Source: Octopus vulgaris (taxonomy: Eukaryota). Taken from it: a DNA stretch of 64,000 nt. Shown piece by piece: positions 60,745-64,000 of this stretch; within the stretch, counting starts at the first letter, position 1; each line of letters begins with the position of its first letter. The translations under genes were made by a program, and so were the position numbers. The notes beneath the pieces were generated by a model that saw nothing but the letters and a program-made list of their open reading frames with translations, ran no database searches and had not been told where the DNA came from. The DNA lies in assembly GCA_951406725.2 (NCBI GenBank), contig OX597824.1, forward strand, positions 70,742,001 to 70,806,000. Reading direction: 5' to 3'.

Positions 60745-62056
60745 CAGGGCTGGACAAAGAGGACGAACGTTTTTAAAATAGCTATTACTCAACCCCAATG
60801 GGAGGGACATATGTCCGACAGGTACCATTCAGAATGTCTTAGAATTTTTTTCTTTTCGATGAAGCCATGGCGTTGTGAACCATAGAGCATGTGGACGACA
60901 GTTATGTGAAGAATGTCTGTCATAGCTGTTCAGCGTGAGTTTCGGCGCACTTAACCTTCACTGAAATCAGGATGTTCCCACCCGTAACAAAATCCTACAT
61001 TGGGTGAATGCACTTCATACACGAGGTACACTAATGAATAGGAGACCGGTGGAGGTGCCACGAATGGTACAGACCCCGGAAAATGTGGAACACGCCAGAC
61101 AAGCTTTGATACGGAGTCCGAATCGCTCTACTCGGAGGCATTCCACTGAATTTGGCATCGGTAATCGATGGGTAAGGCGTATTTTGCATGAAGACCTGCA
61201 TTTCCACCCGTACAAATTGGTCACTGGCAACAGTTGAAACCATGGGACTATGCACAGTGGCTTAACTTCGCACGTCAGATGGAAGCAATTTCTGGACCAA
61301 ATGACAACCTCATTTTGTTAATGAATGATGAAGCTCATTTTCATCTCAATGGCATGGTGAATCAACAGAACTGTCGTGATTGGGCTCTTGAAAATCAGAG
61401 AGAACTGCACGAAAGACCACCGCACAGCCCAAAAGTAACGATCTGGTGTGCTGTTGGAAAAGCTGCCGTCACTGGTCCTTACTTTTTTTGAAGACAATAA
61501 TGGAAATGTTACTTTGAACTCCGAGCGTTACACGAAGATAATAAACAACTTCTTTGTGCCTGAATTCCGACAAAAACGTATGCTTTTCGACGTGTGTGGT
61601 TTCAGCAGAATGGGGTGACGGCCCACACAGCCAGAACATCAATAGACTTCTTTGCCCTCTCTTCGGTGACCGCCTCATTTCCAGGCTTGTTGGCATTCCC
61701 TCACCCCCTCGGTTCCCTGATTTGTCCATGTGTGATTATTTATTGTGGATGAACCTCAAAGCACGTGTGTATGCGCATAAACCCCGTACATTGGGCGATT
61801 TGAAGGAAGCTATTCGCGTGGAAGTCGCCCAAATCAACTGAGCAATGCAGGAGAGAAGAGAGGCCAACTTCTAAGAACGCCTTCAGAAATGCATCAATGA
61901 AAATGGACACCACATGATGGATGTAGTTTTCCACATTTGATTTTGACAAATGTTAATTCAATACGAACATATTAATGTCAATAAAATTTGTTCGCAGCTA
62001 AAATTAAATGATTTTGTGAACATTTCAAGAACGCCCGTTCTCTCTGCCCCACCACT
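60745..62056 (+). mobile_element. Decayed Tc1/mariner element of DD41D (rosa/Visitor) type
   Basis: DEAHFHLNGMVNQQNCRDW, HSPKVTIWCAV, GPYFFED, WFQQNG, PPRFPDLSMCDYLLW motifs in shifted frames; diverged TIRs. Confidence 0.85.
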
Positions 62057-62531
62057 ACCCTTTGTATATGCATCAACGAACTAAGTATTTCTTATTCCAG
62101 GTATAAAACAACGGGTCATGCACTAATTGCTAATAAAACGTCTTCTCTTCTCGTCAGACATAACCAAACGATAGAAACTACAAATTTGAACAGTCGCCCT
62201 TTGAGATACCTTATTCACTCCGGCACCTTATCTGCTCAGCCAAATCGTCGGCACAACTTGTACGCACCTTCTTCCTTACGGCTAAGACGTAGCGGTTAAA
62301 ACAATATTAAGTGCTTTACATACCTGACATTTTTGCACAAATCACTGCTTTCACATGCGTAAAAAACAAAAACAAGATACGGTGAACAGGTGAAAATACG
62401 TATGTTATTTAATTACAGAAATTTTCAATGTTGTCTGAAATTTCGTTGACGGAAATACCAGATATCAGAGATACGGAATTTATCCACACCTTGAAAAACT
62501 AAGGAATTCTGATGAAGCAATGAAAGTATAA

Positions 62532-62606
62532 AACAACAACAACAATAATAATAATAACAACAACAACAACAACAATAATAATTATTATTATTATCATTAT
62601 TATTAC

Positions 62607-62663
<57 letters not shown>

Positions 62664-62677
62664 GATAATAATATTAT

Positions 62678-62718
<41 letters not shown>

Positions 62719-62806
62719 TACTATTATTATTATTATTATATTAATAATATCATTATATTAATAATATCCTTATATAATAATAATAATAATTACTATTACT
62801 ATTATT

Positions 62807-62837
<31 letters not shown>

Positions 62838-62846
62838 TTATTATTA

Positions 62847-62905
<59 letters not shown>
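62532..62905. repeat. (AAC/AAT)n and (ATT)n blocks in alternating orientation
   Basis: Visible. Confidence 0.95.
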
Positions 62906-62908
<3 letters not shown>

Positions 62909-63044
62909 CGCAGCAAACCCTCCCCAACAGTACTGGTCGGCTTGCTTGAAATAATAATGACTTCTCCCGTATATCACACCTTACCACCTTAAAAAGGGCA
63001 CGGCACATTGCATAATATAGCTGTAGATCTTTTATCGAAATAGG

Positions 63045-63770
63045 TTATCGTGTTCTGTTGTGTTTTTGAAAGGAATAAGGTTAGCGTGAACACATTAGAG
63101 AGTGTTTTTAAAGTTTCTTCGTGAAGAATGTATAGGTTTTCTGTGAGGTGTCTATGTTTCTTGTGGATAATGAATGGTAGATGAAAGTTGGGGGAAAATG
63201 TGGTGTGGTAACATCTGCGTAGAAGTAGTTGTTGCTGGAAGTGTTGGAAAATAGGTCGTTGATGATTAGTTTAAGGGACAAAATCCGAACTTAGGCACAC
63301 TTGAGTTAATGAAGCGAAGCCCAGAAAGAGTTCTACTAGCGCAAACCAAGTTGGTACGAACTGACAGAAAGCTACCAATAAAAAAGATGAGAGACAGCTG
63401 GAGCCTATTGGCAAGCGATTCTGCTTAGAGATTCACGTACCAGATCTGGTCGAATGCTTTGTTCGTGTCAAGTGCAACAACGGTTTAGCCAAATTTCTTC
63501 AGGGTGAGGCCTTACTGGAAATGGGATGTGTCTCTCACAGAACTAGATTTATGGAAACCATATTGGTGGTCATAAAGGAGAAGGCGTTAAAGGGATTCAA
63601 AGTGTTGAAGAAAAAATTTGTTAATGACTTTCTCCATCTGCTTTGAGAGATTTTTGGAGTCGAAAGATATTGGAAGAGAGCGCAATAAAACAATAGTTTG
63701 TGATGTCAGAAATGTCGCCCATTTTAGAAAATAGGACACACTGTAGTGTGTTTGGAAACATCAAGATAAA
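63045..63770 (-). mobile_element. Decayed CR1/Jockey-group LINE RT fragment
   Basis: KMGDISDITNYCFIALSS (cf. KGD..NYRPIAL), DHQYGF, VALDTNKAFDQIW, IINDL..FYADV (YADD decayed). Confidence 0.82.
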
Positions 63771-64000
63771 TCCAGAGAGAAAATGAGAAAATGAGGGAGA
63801 GTGTGTATGTAAAAGAGAGGGAGAGAATGTGTGTGTGTGAGAGAGAGAGTAAGTGAGAAAGAAGGTGGGGAGGAGACGATGTGAGAGAGCGAAATTGAGA
63901 GGGCAAGGGAGAGAGAATGAAACTGCAATAGAGAGGGAATCTAGCTGAGTAGGGGTGCTAGATTCCCTTGTCCGAATATATAAGGACACAGATCGTGTCG

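Noticed and set aside
62509-62531. ctgatgaagcaatgaaa candidate hammerhead
   Set aside because: No room for a paired stem II; chance match.

Overview
AT-rich, non-coding-dominated animal genomic DNA. Its SINE families and very dense TA/CA/CATA/GATA/ATT microsatellites resemble an octopod cephalopod genome (inference). No long real ORF is present: nearly all ORFs in the track are microsatellite or SINE translations. The window holds three abundant tRNA-derived SINE families, two decayed Tc1 (DD34E) elements, one decayed DD41D-type Tc1/mariner, several MITEs, four non-autonomous Helitrons, and Penelope, RTE-like and CR1-like retroelement fragments. An 11.3-kb tandem duplication either side of a 100-N gap (15739-27048 vs 27149-38464) is most likely an assembly overlap. 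Weak, phase-compatible candidate exons suggest one + strand and one - strand host gene. The main result is a set of type I hammerhead ribozymes found by eye. The best is a canonical one (20864-20933, minus) inside a 353-bp, ORF-less, terminally redundant unit sitting in a (TA)n tract, i.e. a candidate non-LTR retrozyme / circular-RNA retroelement. A second candidate is a 207-bp monomer whose repeat starts at its own cleavage site. Further intact or decayed Penelope-type hammerheads occur, several in inverted-repeat arrangements. Coordinates were counted by hand and may be off by a few bases.
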